A DNA stretch of 63,630 nt, the filler included, from Rhizaria sp. SCN 62-66 (Eukaryota): NCBI GenBank assembly GCA_001724265.1. It is 3 parts of 3 records of this genome, joined end to end, with 100 filler letters (N's around TTAATTAATTAA, not from the genome) between each part and the next. Parts side by side here need not be neighbours in the genome. Positions count along the whole stretch, not along the records: positions 1 to 21,539 come from MEDY01000448.1; 2 more parts are not named here. The stretch is one strand, 5' to 3'. Positions within the stretch are counted from its first letter, which is position 1, and every line of letters starts with the position of its first letter. Shown one piece after another: positions 1 to 12,876 of this stretch. Both the position numbers and the translations under genes were made by a program. The notes under the pieces were generated by a model. The model ran no database searches. It had not been told where the DNA came from and saw only the letters and a list, made by a program, of their open reading frames with translations.

Positions 1-2
1 AC

Positions 3-3000
3 GCCGCCGTGTCCGCCGCGGCGGCGCTGCGCGCGCAGCTGTCGGCGTCGCAAGGCGAGGTTGCGGCCGTGAGTGGCGCGCTGTCAGACGCACAGCGCGC
101 GGTGGCGGCCGCGGACCGGCTTGTGACGCGCCACGCGGGTGCCGTGCGCGCGGCCAACACCGACGCCGCGGCGGGCCGCGCCGAGGCCGCGAGCGCACGC
201 GCGGGCGCCGAGACCGCGCGGCGGCGGCTGCACCGCGCGCGCGTGCTGGTTCGGTACCAGGCGCACGTGCTGGCGCGCGCACAGTAGCAGGGCTTCGTGT
301 TTGCGCTGCCCACGGGCGTGCCGCCCAAGGTCCTGGGCGTCGATCCCGTGGGCTTCGCCGGCGGGCCCGCCGCGGTCGAGACGCTCGCCACGGCCGCGGG
401 CGTTGCTGCCGCCGGCCCGCCCGCCGCGGGCTCGGAGCGCGCCGCCGTGGCCGCGCTTGTGGGCCCGCCCGCGCCGCCCGTCTGGCTCGACGACTCCGCG
501 TCCGAGCCCGAGGACGAGGACGCAGACGCCGCAGACGCCACCAGCGAGGGCGGCGACGCCGCGCTCGGCGAGACCGAGGCTGAGCGCGAGGTACGCCGCC
601 GGCAAACCGCCGAGTCGCGGCTCGCGGCGCGCGAGGCGCAAGCCACGGCGCACGTGCTCACCTTCCGCCACTTCGTCCCAGGCCGCGGCATCAGCGGCGG
701 CGGTGCTGGTGCGGCAGCGGCGGTGGTAAGCTTTGACGACGACACGTCACCCGCGTGGTCGCCAGCCGTGTTCGCGCCCTCGCGCGGGTCCTCGGCCGTG
801 AGCGTTGCCGTCCCCACGGCCGCGCGCCGCACCGTGTCGGGCACCTCGATTGGGCCCGCGTTCCCCGGCGACGTCTCGCCGCCCGGCGGAGCACACGCCG
901 CAGCCGCGCGCACGCGCAACGAGCTCGAAGCCATCGCCAGCGGCACGCGCAGGCCCGCGCCCGCCGTCGCAACAACACCCATCTACGCCGTCGCAAACGC
1001 CGCGCCGCGCGGGGCCGCCGCGTCGCACGCGCACGCGCACTCAGTCGGCGCCGGTGGCGGCGTTGGCGGTGGCGGGTGGGGCGAGAGCGTGCACCCGTCG
1101 GTGGCGACGGCGCTGTCGCTGCACCCGGGGCTGCGGCGCGTAGGCTGGCAGCTCGAGATGCTGCACTCCGTGGCGGGCCACTCGCTGCCCGACAAGGCGC
1201 TCGAGCGTCTCGCCAAGGCTGCGCTGGCCGCGCCCACGCTGCCCGCGCTGCTCGCGCAGCTCTCGCAGCAGATGCGCGCGCGCGCGGCCCGCGCTGTGCG
1301 GCTGGAGCTCACGCCCGCGGTGCGCGCCTAGATGTGGCGCCGCGCGATGGACGAGGTGCGCGACGAGCTGTGGACGCTGCGCGCGACGCTGCTGCTCGCG
1401 CTGCGCCGGGAGCTCCGCGCCGAAGTCGCCGCCGCGCTGCGCGAGGAGCTGCGCCCCGCCGTGCAGGCTGAGCTGCGCCGCGCGCATGCTCCGCAGGTCC
1501 TGGCTGAGCTGGGCGACGGCGTGCGCCTTGCCTGGGTTGCCGCGCTGCGCGCCAACGTGCACGCTGAGGTGCTCAGCGAGGCCACGGCGGCGGCAGAGCG
1601 CTCGGCCACGCTCGCCGCGCAGGCCCGCGTGGACGCGCGCGTCGAGGCCGCCGCGCTGGCGCAGGCGCGCGCGCAGGTCTCGGACGCCAAGGTTGCAGCG
1701 TTGCGCGCGCTGCTGTGGCGCGAGTCGCAGGCGCGGCTTTCGGCCGAGGTCGAGGCTCGCGTGGCGGCCGCGCGCGCCGAGATGGCCGCGCAGCGCGCCG
1801 CTGAAGACGCCGCTCTGGCCGAGGACGCCGCCAGCCTGGGGCTCGGGCTCGCGGGCGACGCGCCGGTCGACGCCGACGCCGCGGCGCAGTCGCGCGCCAG
1901 CGGGCCCTCGGGGATCGGCCTGGAGCAGGGGTAGGGGCCGGGATCGGGGCTGGGCGGCTCGGGCGCCGCGGTTACGCTGCGCCGCGCGTGGGCCCGCGGC
2001 GTCGAGACGGGCCAGAAGCGCGCCGCAGACGCGATCTCGGCGGCCGAGGCCGCGGCGGCGGCGGCGCGGCACGAGTCGTGGGCGCTGCGCAAGGAACTGC
2101 TGCGCGTCGGTGCGCTCAAGGCCGCCGAGGGCTCCGCGGAGGCCGCGCCGGGGCTGCTCACGCGGCCCATGTCCGGTAACCGACACCAGCGCCCGCCGCG
2201 CGCGCTCGCGGCCGCGCTGGGCGTCGACGCGCGCGATATCAGTCCGCCACCGCGCGGTGGCGGAGGAGGAGGACACCAAGAATGGGGGGGACAGGGGAGT
2301 CCGTCAAAATGGGACGGGGGTAACAGTATCAACAGCACCGCTGACGCAGGGGCTGTTACCCCCGCGTCGCACACATTCCCTGTCACGGCCCGTGCCCGCA
2401 CGCTCCTCGCCAAAGGAGCCGTGGCGGCTGGTCCCCCAACCCCCCGCAGCACCGCCACTCGCACTGCGCCGCCCGCGCTGCAGCGGCCGCTGACTGCGCA
2501 CCCGCTGCCTCGAGGGCGCCACGCCGGTCTGTCAGGCGAGCCAACTGTGTGGCTGGTGCCGCCGCTGCTGGTGCGCGACCCGCTCGCGCGCGGTTCTGCA
2601 GTGCTGGGCGTTCACGCGCGCCCCGGCGCCGACGCTGACGCCGCCGGCGAGGCCGCCTCCGTGGCGGCGCGGCGGCGCGCGGCTGGACTGGCCGGCGCCG
2701 GCCTGGGCGGCAGCCTTGCGTCGCCGGGGGCGCTGCTGCGCGCCGCCGAGGAGGAGGCCGCCGCCGCTGCCGCCGCGCAGACCGCTGCTGCCGCCAAGGC
2801 CGAAGCGGAGGCCGAGGCCCGCCGGCGCGCCGCCGCGGGGGCCGCGCGGCTGGTGTGCGTGGCGCACGTGCTGGGGCTCGACGCCGACGCGCTGGCCGCG
2901 GCCCAGCGCGCCGCGGGCACCGCGTCGGCCGACCTGACCGGCGTGGGCGACGAACCGGGCGCGCGCGCGGCCGCAGCGATGGCCGCGACGCAGGCCGCGT

Positions 3001-3824
3001 GGCTCGACGCACTCAGCACGGCGGCCACGGCCACGGCGCAGACCGCCGCCGCTGAGGAGGCTGCTGCAGCCGCCGCGGCCGCTGCTGCCGCTGCTGCTGC
3101 GGCGGCGGCGGCGGCAGCGGACGACGACACGGGCGACCTGGACGCTGAGGCCGCGATGGCGATGGCACAGGCAGACATGGAGGCCTCTGCGGCCGCTGCT
3201 GCGGCGACGGCAGCTGCGGAGGAGGCTGAACGTGAGCGTTAGCGCCAGCGCGCGGCGGCCGAACCTGCTGCATCTGCGGAGGCCATGGCAGCTGCACGCG
3301 CTCTCGAGCAGGCCGACGCCGAGGCCGTGCAGGCGGATGCGGAGGCCCGGGCAATGGCGGAAACGGCTGCGGCTGCTGAGCGAGAGGCCGACGCGCGGAT
3401 GGCTGAGGAAACGGCCCGCCTTGCTGCCGAGGCCGCTGCCGCCGCCGCTGCGGCGACGGAGGCCGAGGCCGCCGCCGCCCTACAACGGGAGGCGGAGGCC
3501 GCCGCCGCTGCCGCCGCAGCTGCCGCAGCTGCTGAGCTCGAGCACAGCCGACTGCAGGCCGCGGCCGAGCAGGAGGCTGCCGATGCTGCGGCGGCGGCAG
3601 CTGCAGCGCTTGCCGCTGAGACTGCGGCTGCCGCGGACCAGGCCTCGGGGCTCGCGGGGCTTCTGCACGCGCACGTCAAGACGGCGGTGTTGCTGAGCGA
3701 CGCGCTCGCGCCCACAGTTGTCGTCGCGCTCCAGCCCGAGCCCTAGCTCCCCGCGGCCGGCAGCGTCGCGCCGCCGGGTGCGAGCCGCGCCTTACCGGCC
3801 GCCGCCGCGAGCGACGACTTGGCC

Positions 3825-3863
<39 letters not shown>

Positions 3864-4640
3864 GCGGCGGCGACGGCGGCGCAGGGCAACGACGGCGGTC
3901 CGACGGCGCTGGCGGCAGCGGCGGGGCTGACGCGGGCGCCGCCGCTGCTGCGCGGACTGCTGGTGCACACGCGGCAGCGGCGCGCGGCGACGCAGCGCGC
4001 GGCAGCCGTGCTGGCGCAGCAGGCGGCGCAGGGTGTGCTTGCGGGCGGCGCGCCCATCACGCCTGGTGCGCGCGCGGACATGATTGCCACGCAGGCGCGC
4101 GCGCTGCATCTGCCCTTCGCGCTCGCGGTCAACCGCCCCACGCGTGACCCTCCCGCTCTGCGCGTACACAGTCACGGCCAACCGCAGTCCCAGCCAGCCT
4201 TTGCAGCTGCGACGGCGACGGCGCCGACGAGGGCGGCAGCGCGCAGCCACGAGAAGCTTGGCGCACCGCTGGAGCTTTCGACCCACCTCATCGCGCCCGC
4301 CGCTCCGCCCGCGCACACAGGCGCGGTAGCGGCGGCGGTGACCCCGCTCTTTGCCCGCGCCGGCGCGGGCACGAGCGCGGAGCTGGGCCTGGTTGTGGGC
4401 CGCGTGGGCCGAGCGGGGCACGCAGGACCCGGCGGCAGCACCGTGCGCCGCGGGCGCCGGCCGGCGAGCGCGAGCGCGGAACTTGGCTCGGCCGGCAGCG
4501 AGAGCTTGAGCGCGGAGCTGGCGCGGGCGGGGGCCGGGGCTTAGGTTGGGGCCGACGCTGCGCGGGGAGCAGGCGCGCCGCAGCTCGGGGCGGTGGTAGG
4601 TGCCGCGACGCGGTTGCACCCCTTCAGCGGCTACCGATGA
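3..4640 (+). CDS. 5'-truncated large Ala-rich/coiled-coil hypothetical protein (>1540 aa) with 6 in-frame TAG codons
   Basis: Track ORFs 9-287, 297-1331, 1332-1934, 2169-3242, 3285-3746 and 3819-4544 share one frame. They are separated only by TAG (285, 1329, 1932, 3240, 3744, 4542); I translated the joins and found no other stop. The frame ends at TGA 4638-4640, where GC content drops sharply. It is open at the left edge. Confidence 0.8.
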
Positions 4641-5376
4641 TTGACATTTACAGCAAGGTTAACATTACACCACACCTTTACTTACTACGTAGCACTACTA
4701 GAATACAGTTTTTTTCATATCAGTTTTTTTTATCTTTCAATTCTAATGCTCGTTCAAACATAATACAAAAATGTGATAAGTAATCAGCCATTGGATATAG
4801 TCAGTAATAGAATTCCCGGGTTTCAAATACTGACTATATGCATTGATTTAACCTTTAGCTTGCTGTGAATGTGCGAAAATGAGTCAAAATAACGCGCAAA
4901 TGATAATGCACTTTATGCACTTTTTCAACAGTCCCTCCAACTCCAGGTTGGTCGGAGCCCTCCATGTGTCAAACGGATGTGACACTCTTCAAAAACGTGT
5001 TCAGGTTGAAGGGACATGTTGTTGCATGGAGAAATGCAATTTAGAAGCACATTTCACTTATCTTTTTCCGTATAATTATATAATAAGATAGCCTGAATCA
5101 TGGTTGGAGAGGATGAATTCGGCTGGACAATGTTGTCTTTTGAATCGTGCGGAGATTTGATGCGTCTGTCCTGAAATGGCGTTGATTGACGTAAAGACTG
5201 GATGACTAAGGCAAATACCTTAGCTCATCTACGAAGTAGTGGGTGTTAGACACGACTTGTGTGTTTTGTTCCGAAATGTCGAGTATTGAGGGCTGAAATC
5301 ACTTTCCTGGCAAGCTTGTCTCACTCACTTTGCACTTTTGCTCTGTCCGTTCACGCGCTGTTCATTTGTTGTAGCA

Positions 5377-8300
5377 ATGATACGCTCTATTAACTGCGTA
5401 GTCGTTGCGCTCTTTTGTGTCGTATTGACCTTCTTCGTTAGAGGTCAAAGCCTTCCTCCAACGCTGCAGTTCGTGTCTCCTGAGCTCATCATGACGCAGA
5501 GCAATATCACATTTAAGTGGAACGAGCTGTATGGTACACCTCCTCTGACCTCCGCGTCTAAGGCGCTCAAGCTCTCGCTCAGCGGTTCGGTTCCGTATCC
5601 TAACCCAATCACAAGTGTGAGCTCAGCTGCGTCCTCCGCCGGCAACGGCATCTCCGCGACAGCCTCTATGGCCTCTAACGGCGCAATCTACATCTCATTT
5701 ACGTTTCCTTCAGACCCCCTTATGCCAAGTGGCGCAGTCTCGTTCGAGCTTATTTATGACTTCGGCACGCCCTGCAACTCTTCGCTCAACTATTCCATGG
5801 CTGCCGACGACAATCAAGCCGAGTATATCGACGAATTCGGTGTCACGCTCCCCTCGCCCACCGCCACAGTTACAATTGACGACTGCGCCGCGCCCACGCT
5901 CTTTGACGGCGTGACTCTTGCTGTCGAGCGCGTCGGTGACGACTCAAGCACTGCCGCGCTTGCGCTCTCGTGGATTGCAACAACGCCCGATCCTGTGGTG
6001 CTAGCGCCCTCCGGCGTTGGCACCGACAACGGCACGACGGACGGCAACAGCACTGCGATGTTCGTCGTGATGCTGGACGATCCTTCACAGTTCATCATCG
6101 GCGTTGACGCGGACCTTATTCCACTGCCCGGCGGTGCTTTTGCCTCGGTCACATTGCGCGACGACGGTGCGCTGCTCATCACACTCACTGGCTCGCCCGG
6201 TGAAGGCGTCATCCCCTCCTCAGCCGCGCTCGTGCTAGAACTCGAACTGGCTGCAGGCCTCCCATGCGATTCCACCGTCTCGCCATTTGTGATGTCGGCC
6301 GCGGCTGCCACGGTGCAGCTACAGGCCGCCTCTGGCTCTCAGGTCTCGCTCCAAACAAAACTCGCTTTAGGCGCCTTGTGCCCCCCATCGCTGAGCGGCA
6401 TTACTACGATGTACACCAAGCAGGGCACTGAGCCGGCAGCCGTGACGATCGCTTGGAGTGACTTCTCGAACCCTAACCAGCTGCCCATCTCACAACTGTT
6501 TTTGGTGGAGCCTACAGTTGCCGACGCAGCCATCTTTACGGGCGTTAGCGCGGTCCGCCTCTACGATGGCGTGGATCTGTCGTCAATCGTGGCGACAGCC
6601 GAGGTCGACTCTGAGACCGGAGCTATCACTGTCTCGATCACCAACAGTACCTCCATGCCGACAGTGGGCGCCATCGTTATTGAGACGTTGCTTGTCGACT
6701 CGTGTGGCTTTGACAACACGTATGTCGTGAGCGCGGCGCTTGGCTCATCGGCAGTGGCACTGTCACCAGCGGACTCCTCCTTCTCACTCACCGTGCCGGC
6801 ATGCCCAGCCGTTCTTGTGGGTGCGGGACTTGTCTCGACTGTGCAGACAGCACACAGTTTTACGTCAGTATCGTTACTTGTACAGTGGACCAACTACACA
6901 AACACAAACTAGCTCAAGCTTGATGATGTACTCAAAATTGCACCGGCTGGCAACATTTCGCTCTTCTCTGGCGTTGTGGACAGTGTCATCGACCTGGGTA
7001 CTGGAGCATTTGTGAAGGTCAAATTCATTCAAGACAAGTTTGTCATTTCGATTATTGAGAGTGAGCATCTTCCCGTCTCTGGTAGTTTTTCATTTGACGC
7101 CGTTTTGTCTCGTAACGCACCCTGCGAGACATGGGCAACGTACCAACTTACCGCGCTAATGCCATCCGAATTGGAACTACAGTTAAACGATCCCAACGAC
7201 GCACTTGCAAATGTTGTGACGGGCACCTGCCCCCAGGCTGCAGTCTTTTCCGGGGTTACTCTCACAACTTCGACAGCGCCGGGTAACGTGTTTGGCGACG
7301 CCACATTAACAATTAGCTGGGCCGGGTTTAGCAACGACTATGGCTACATTTTGGAGTCTGTATTTGTTGTGACGGGTGCAGGTGCAAAATTTTTCACGAA
7401 GCTTGACATCTCACCGACTGAGCTCGCAGCTGACCTGACAGCAAGCGTTGCGCACAATTCCAGCGGCGACCTTACAGTGACCTTTTCGGGCAACGGTGCA
7501 GTCCCGCCGAGTGGCAGTTTTGTCATTGCAGCTATTGTGGATACAAGCGTTCCTTGCAACTCAGTCGTTACTCTTACACTTGACTCTGCTTCTCCCTCGC
7601 TTGTGAGCGTTGTCAACGGCGCCACTGGATCACCCTTGTCGGCCACATTTGAGGCTGAGCCTTGCCCCGCGATTTTCTACGGCGTTTCCATGTCCGCCAC
7701 TGCGAGCGGTGATCTTGCTTTTAACTGGACAAACTACCTCAACCTTGGCGCGCTCCCGATTACCAACTTCACTTTTATGGTTGATACTTTGCCCAACGTG
7801 ATTGACGAAGTCTCTCTACCCTTAGAGCTAAACGCAGTTGCCGGGTCCATTACCTGGACCAGTAACACGACGTTTGTTGTGCACATTATTACGCCGGCAG
7901 CGGATATTCCTGGCACTGGCTCGTTTATTTTTAAAGTGGCATATTCGGCGTGGGCCCTGCAGTGCGCGGTGCCTGCCCCAGAGTGGTTATATGTGGCTGT
8001 AGGGGCGCCCATGACCACCTCACCAGCACCCACCCTGAAAACCACACTTTCTATCTGCGACGGCCGCACCGCACCCGAGCTTGGTGGTGTGACAATCAAG
8101 TCTGTTGCAAACCAGAGCAACCCGCTTGAGACGATTGCGTTTAACATTAGCTGGTCGCAATTCACGCCTAGTGGCGATGCCTCGCTGGGTCTTGTCTTTG
8201 AGCTCGGTGTTGACGCCGCTGGTCAAGATTACTTTGATGGCGTAGCATCGCTTACTGGTAATTTTGACACTGCCAGCTCGGGTACCACGGTCTTATATGA

Positions 8301-11300
8301 GGCAGGCGTGTTTAAAGTTTTTTTCACGGCAAAAACTCTCCCTGACACAGGTTTCATTTTGCTTTCGCCGCGGTTCGTAGCCCCCACTCCGTGCAGCGTC
8401 TCAGCAGAGGTTGAGCTGGCACCTTACACCGCTGTCATTATTTCATCAGCATCGACGCCACTTACCGCTACTGTGTTGTTTGCGACCTGTCTTGTCACCT
8501 TTACAGACCTTGTGATTAGCGTACAGGCGCCGCAGTACACGGCAAATGAGCGTGTTCAGCTGGCGTGGTCGGACTTCACAAACACTGCGAATGTCACCGG
8601 AGTTCCTCTGCTTGCTGTGACCACCAATGCCGCTTCCAGCAACTTTCCAACTCCAGAGCCGCAAAGCGTGCTTGTAATCGATGATAATACTGGTCTTTCT
8701 GTGCCTGGTGCGACCGCAATGCTGACATTTGATGCCGCAACTGACGTGCTTAGCATTGCATTTAGCGGTCCGACGCCGTCACACGGCAGCATCTTTTTTG
8801 CGCCCGTGCTGTCTGTAGACGCTGCGTGCGGCGCATCCACTCTTCTAACAGTGTCTGTGCCTAACGCGCTTGTGTCCGCGATTACTGGCAATAACTCGAC
8901 TCTTGGCGCTGAGTACGTCATTGGCTCTTGCTCGCAGCTTACCGGACTTGAGGTCGCTTACAGTAACGGCAACGACGAGTATGCGTTCAAGCTTTCGTGG
9001 AGTACATTTACTGCAGGCACAGCGCATTCCGCTGAGGTCTTAATTTTGCTTACTGGCAACAATTCAGCGGCGATTTTTGTCCCGGGTGACCTGGCTAACA
9101 TTACTGTTGCTTCAGCTGCTGACGGGGAGCCCGTCAGCGACGTCGTTGTGACAGCAACATTGTCGAGTACCAACCTCGTTACTATTTCTGTTGCCGGACT
9201 ACTGCCCACGGAAGGCTCAATTGTTCTCCCGCTGGAACTTACAACATCGCCAGCTCATGTGTGCAACGCATCAGTAACGTACTCGCTAAGCGCCGCAGAC
9301 ACAAACACCGTGACTGTAACTCTTTCATCAGAATCGACGACTGTGACGGCGAATCCCGTGCAATGTTTGTACAACTGGGTTTGCAACAGCTCCTCTGGTG
9401 CCGCCTGTAGCGATAACGCGCCCAATCAATACTCTGCATGCTCCACGACATGCGGCAACGGCACTCAACACAACTCGCCTGAGTGCGGTGAATGGGTGAT
9501 GGGCGAGTACTTTGGTACGACAACAACTACAAGTTTTTGCTATCAGGCTGAGCCATCTTCTACTCTTGCTTGCACTGACTGGACGTGTCCACAAGCCTTC
9601 TGGGCATGCAACACGCCCAACACTCCTATTGCGTACCTGGAGCCGTGCAGCAATGATGATGGCCAGTTTGGATTTGAATGCCCGGCCTCCGACATTGGCT
9701 GCAAAGAGGGGTCGGCGCCAATGCGTGAAGTTCTCTGCTTAAGCAACCCAGTAAACCCCACAGTTCTCACAACTAACTGCCCTGTTGCGCGCATTGGTCC
9801 CGCACCCGCCAATCAATCCTCCACAACCTGTCCGCCTCAAGTGGGCATGTGCGAAGTCGACTTCACCGCTGGGTGCTACTCTGACGACGACAACACGCCG
9901 GTGTATTGTGCAGCTGCGGGCGAGCCAGTACCGGAGAGGCTTGGCCGATGCGTTGGCCCTGACGGTTTACCTCGGTCAATTTCGCTGTGCCAGGATGCTG
10001 GGCTAAGTTTAACAAAGTCGTGCTCTACTCTACCCCCTTGCGGCACAGCAGTCTCGTGGCAGCATACGTCAACCTCGGGATGTCTCCAAAACAGCAAAAA
10101 CAATAGTTGCCTTTCTTTTATTGAGTACGGCTTTAAGTGTGGCTATATTGCGAACAATAATACCACCGTGGAGGTGCCTGAATACTTGTGCGCAGATAAG
10201 TTGACACCTACACCGTATGTGCCGTGCGATACTGCGATCGTTTGTCAGGCTGGGCATGGCTCATGCACTAACTTTGAGCCACGCGTTGTCGGCGAGTACA
10301 TTTTTACAAACATCTCTGCCTCGTGCACGTGTCTTCCTGGCTTTGGCGGTGACGGCTGTGAAGTCGCAGCTACTGTCGCCAATGCGACAATGGGCCCGAT
10401 TCCCAATGCCGAGTTCGAGGGCGCGCTCGTTAAGTGGACCTCCAATCTGCCCAACCGTATTGCTGTTGTGGTCTATGACACGCGCGCGCTTACTTTACCC
10501 ATCACTGTTGGCTATGTCAACGCCAACATTCAAGAATACTCCTTGAATGCTTTCCTCTCTGACTTGCTGCCGGGCACCTATGTGGCCGAGCTATGGGTTC
10601 ACAAGTCGTTCATTGTGTCAGTATCTGGATGGTTTACTGTCACTCCCGACCGATGCAACAACCTCTGCAGCTTGCGCGGCGTGTGTGACCCGTTGGCCAA
10701 TGACGGGAGTGGTGGATGCAAGTGCCTGAACGGCTTTTCTGGCTCACTGTGTACAGAGTCGCCCTGCCTTACCATTGACTGCTACTTGCCGAATGTGAAC
10801 CTTAGCAACCCGAAGGCACAGTTCACCAACAGCGTGTGCTATTTAGATGCCCTAGAGCAGGCTTCGTGCCTCTGCGACTACAACGCAATTGGCGAAAGCC
10901 TCTTTAAGGACAAACGTTGCATTGAGCCTCTCGCAGGTTGCCCGGGCGTTACGTGCTACAACGGCGGCATTCCCGGTAGTTCTGTCGTCAACGGCATTGC
11001 TACATGCTCGGGCAGTTGTGTTTGCCCCTCTAACTCGAATTACAATGGGACTCAATGCAATGACTGTGCCATCCAGTGCAACTCTGCTGGTACCGCGCAC
11101 AGCAGCGGCTGCGGCTCTTGCGCGTGCCGCGGTGGCTTCGCAGGCCCGCTCTGCAACTGTCGCTACGCAACCTTAAAGCTGCTCTTTCCCAGCGCTACAG
11201 CGCCCTGGTTTTACAATAATTCCACGAGCTCCTCCACACTTGCGCAGCAAATTAGGTCATTTGAGCGCAGTCTAATGCGTGAGGTGCGTCATGCAATGAG

Positions 11301-12063
11301 CTATTTAAGCGACGCTCTTTCTTTGTCAGTCGCGTCATTGTCCGCAGTTAACTCAACTGTTGGAAATGCCAACATTAATGTTGTAATTAACGTCGGTCCT
11401 TATTGCCAAGAAACTGATGATGCCAATAGCAGCGGTGACTTCAACTCACTTTCCGTGCAAGAAGCTGTGACGGACTCGCTGTCCAGGCATTCACCTTTGA
11501 CCACATTATCGCTTGTGGCCGCGCCAACTGTCGGTGTCCGTGTGACTGCGCTGCCAGCGGCGGACAAAAGCATGAACACAACGTACGCCGCACTTAGCAC
11601 GTTTTTGACGGCGGTTACTACAGGGGCTGCTGTTGGCCCGCTGCTGCAGTATGTGAACGCAAGCAATATCGGAATCAGTGACGCTGGCTGTAGCGCCACG
11701 AACCAGTGTGCCAACGTGCCACAGGGCACGGGCACAGGCACTGTTGTGGAACCCGAGTCATCTTCGTCAAGACTCTCTGAAGGTGCCAAGATTGGACTCG
11801 GAGTCGGGCTCGGCGTCGGTGGTGCACTCGTGATTGTGCTCATTGTGTTGCTCTGCTGGCGCTTCGGCGTCGCATGCTTTGGCGGCGACAAGCTCACTGA
11901 TGCGCCGACAACCTGTCCTGCAACTGTACCCACACAGGTTGCCAATGTTGGTAATGCTGTGGCTACAAACGACGACGGCGCTGCAGCTGATGAGACAAAG
12001 CCTGTGGCGGCTGACAATGTCACTGACAGACCTGAGATCGAAATGGCTGCGTTGACTGTCTAA
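5377..12063 (+). CDS. Large type I cell-surface protein (~2228 aa): signal peptide, tandem beta-rich Cys-capped repeats, TSP1-like and EGF-like Cys-rich modules, single TM, short tail
   Basis: ATG 5377 starts a hydrophobic leader (MIRSINCVVVALFCVVLTFFVRG). ORFs 5338-6912 and 6976-12063 are in frame, separated by one TAG (6910-6912). TSP1-like YSACSTTCGNGTQ; EGF-like CTCLPGFGGDGC, CKCLNGFSGSLC, CACRGGFAGPLC; TM IGLGVGLGVGGALVIVLIVLLCW; ends TAA. Confidence 0.85.
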
Positions 12064-12876
12064 GCACTTCCTGTTAGGTTTATAGTCAGTAATATAAAGT
12101 CCCGGACTGTATATTACTGACTTTATCGTTGGTATTTTGTCATATTTTGTTTTCTTTCTTATGTGTTGATGTGTACACCTGTCCATTCAAATGCTTTTTT
12201 AAATCTAAGCGCCGCTCACCAAATTACTGTTACTCCACGTGGCAAAAAACCTTTTCAAGTGCAGCACCTCTGTATGCCTCGCTTCTTTTCTCAGCGTCAC
12301 TGGGGCGTTCTTTTTTACACGTGATGCAAGTGTCTCCTTCGTCACATTCTTTTAACTTGTGGATTCTCTTATTTGTTAGTCATCGAGTATTGTGTAGATG
12401 CAGTGTGCCATCCGACTTGCAAAGCCTAACGTCGCCTCAGTTGCCGCAAGTGTCGGACTTGCGTGCACACCTGTAATACTCACATGCTTAATCATGGCAA
12501 TGTCTCCATCAAAAGTGGACCGGTGCCTATTGAACAGCGCCGGTATCATAATCTTTAAGTTTATCCCATTCTATCTTTGTTTGAAACCACTATGCTCATG
12601 TGTCTGTGACTGGACCGCTTGTCAGTCCTATCGGTCAAATACAAAAACAGTTACTAAAAACACAGCATGTTTTAATCATGAGTGTGTATCCGTGAATTTG
12701 TATGTCAGAAGAGCAATAATGAGCTCATATGATGTACTACTATTGACTGAGCACACAACATGTGTGCATTCAAAGTTTTGAGCCATAGAGACTAAAAGTA
12801 GAAAGAAGAACAAATATGTTGAGACTAAGTGACATAAGAAAAAAAAACAGCTCGAAATAGGACGCGGTCGCTGCGC

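Noticed and set aside
3-4640. Interpreting the TAG-broken genes as pseudogenes or as pyrrolysine/selenocysteine recoding
   Set aside because: Only TAG interruptions occur, with no frameshifts, across five unrelated genes, which does not fit decay. Sec uses UGA, and Pyl is not known in eukaryotes; the sites lie in non-catalytic, low-complexity contexts.
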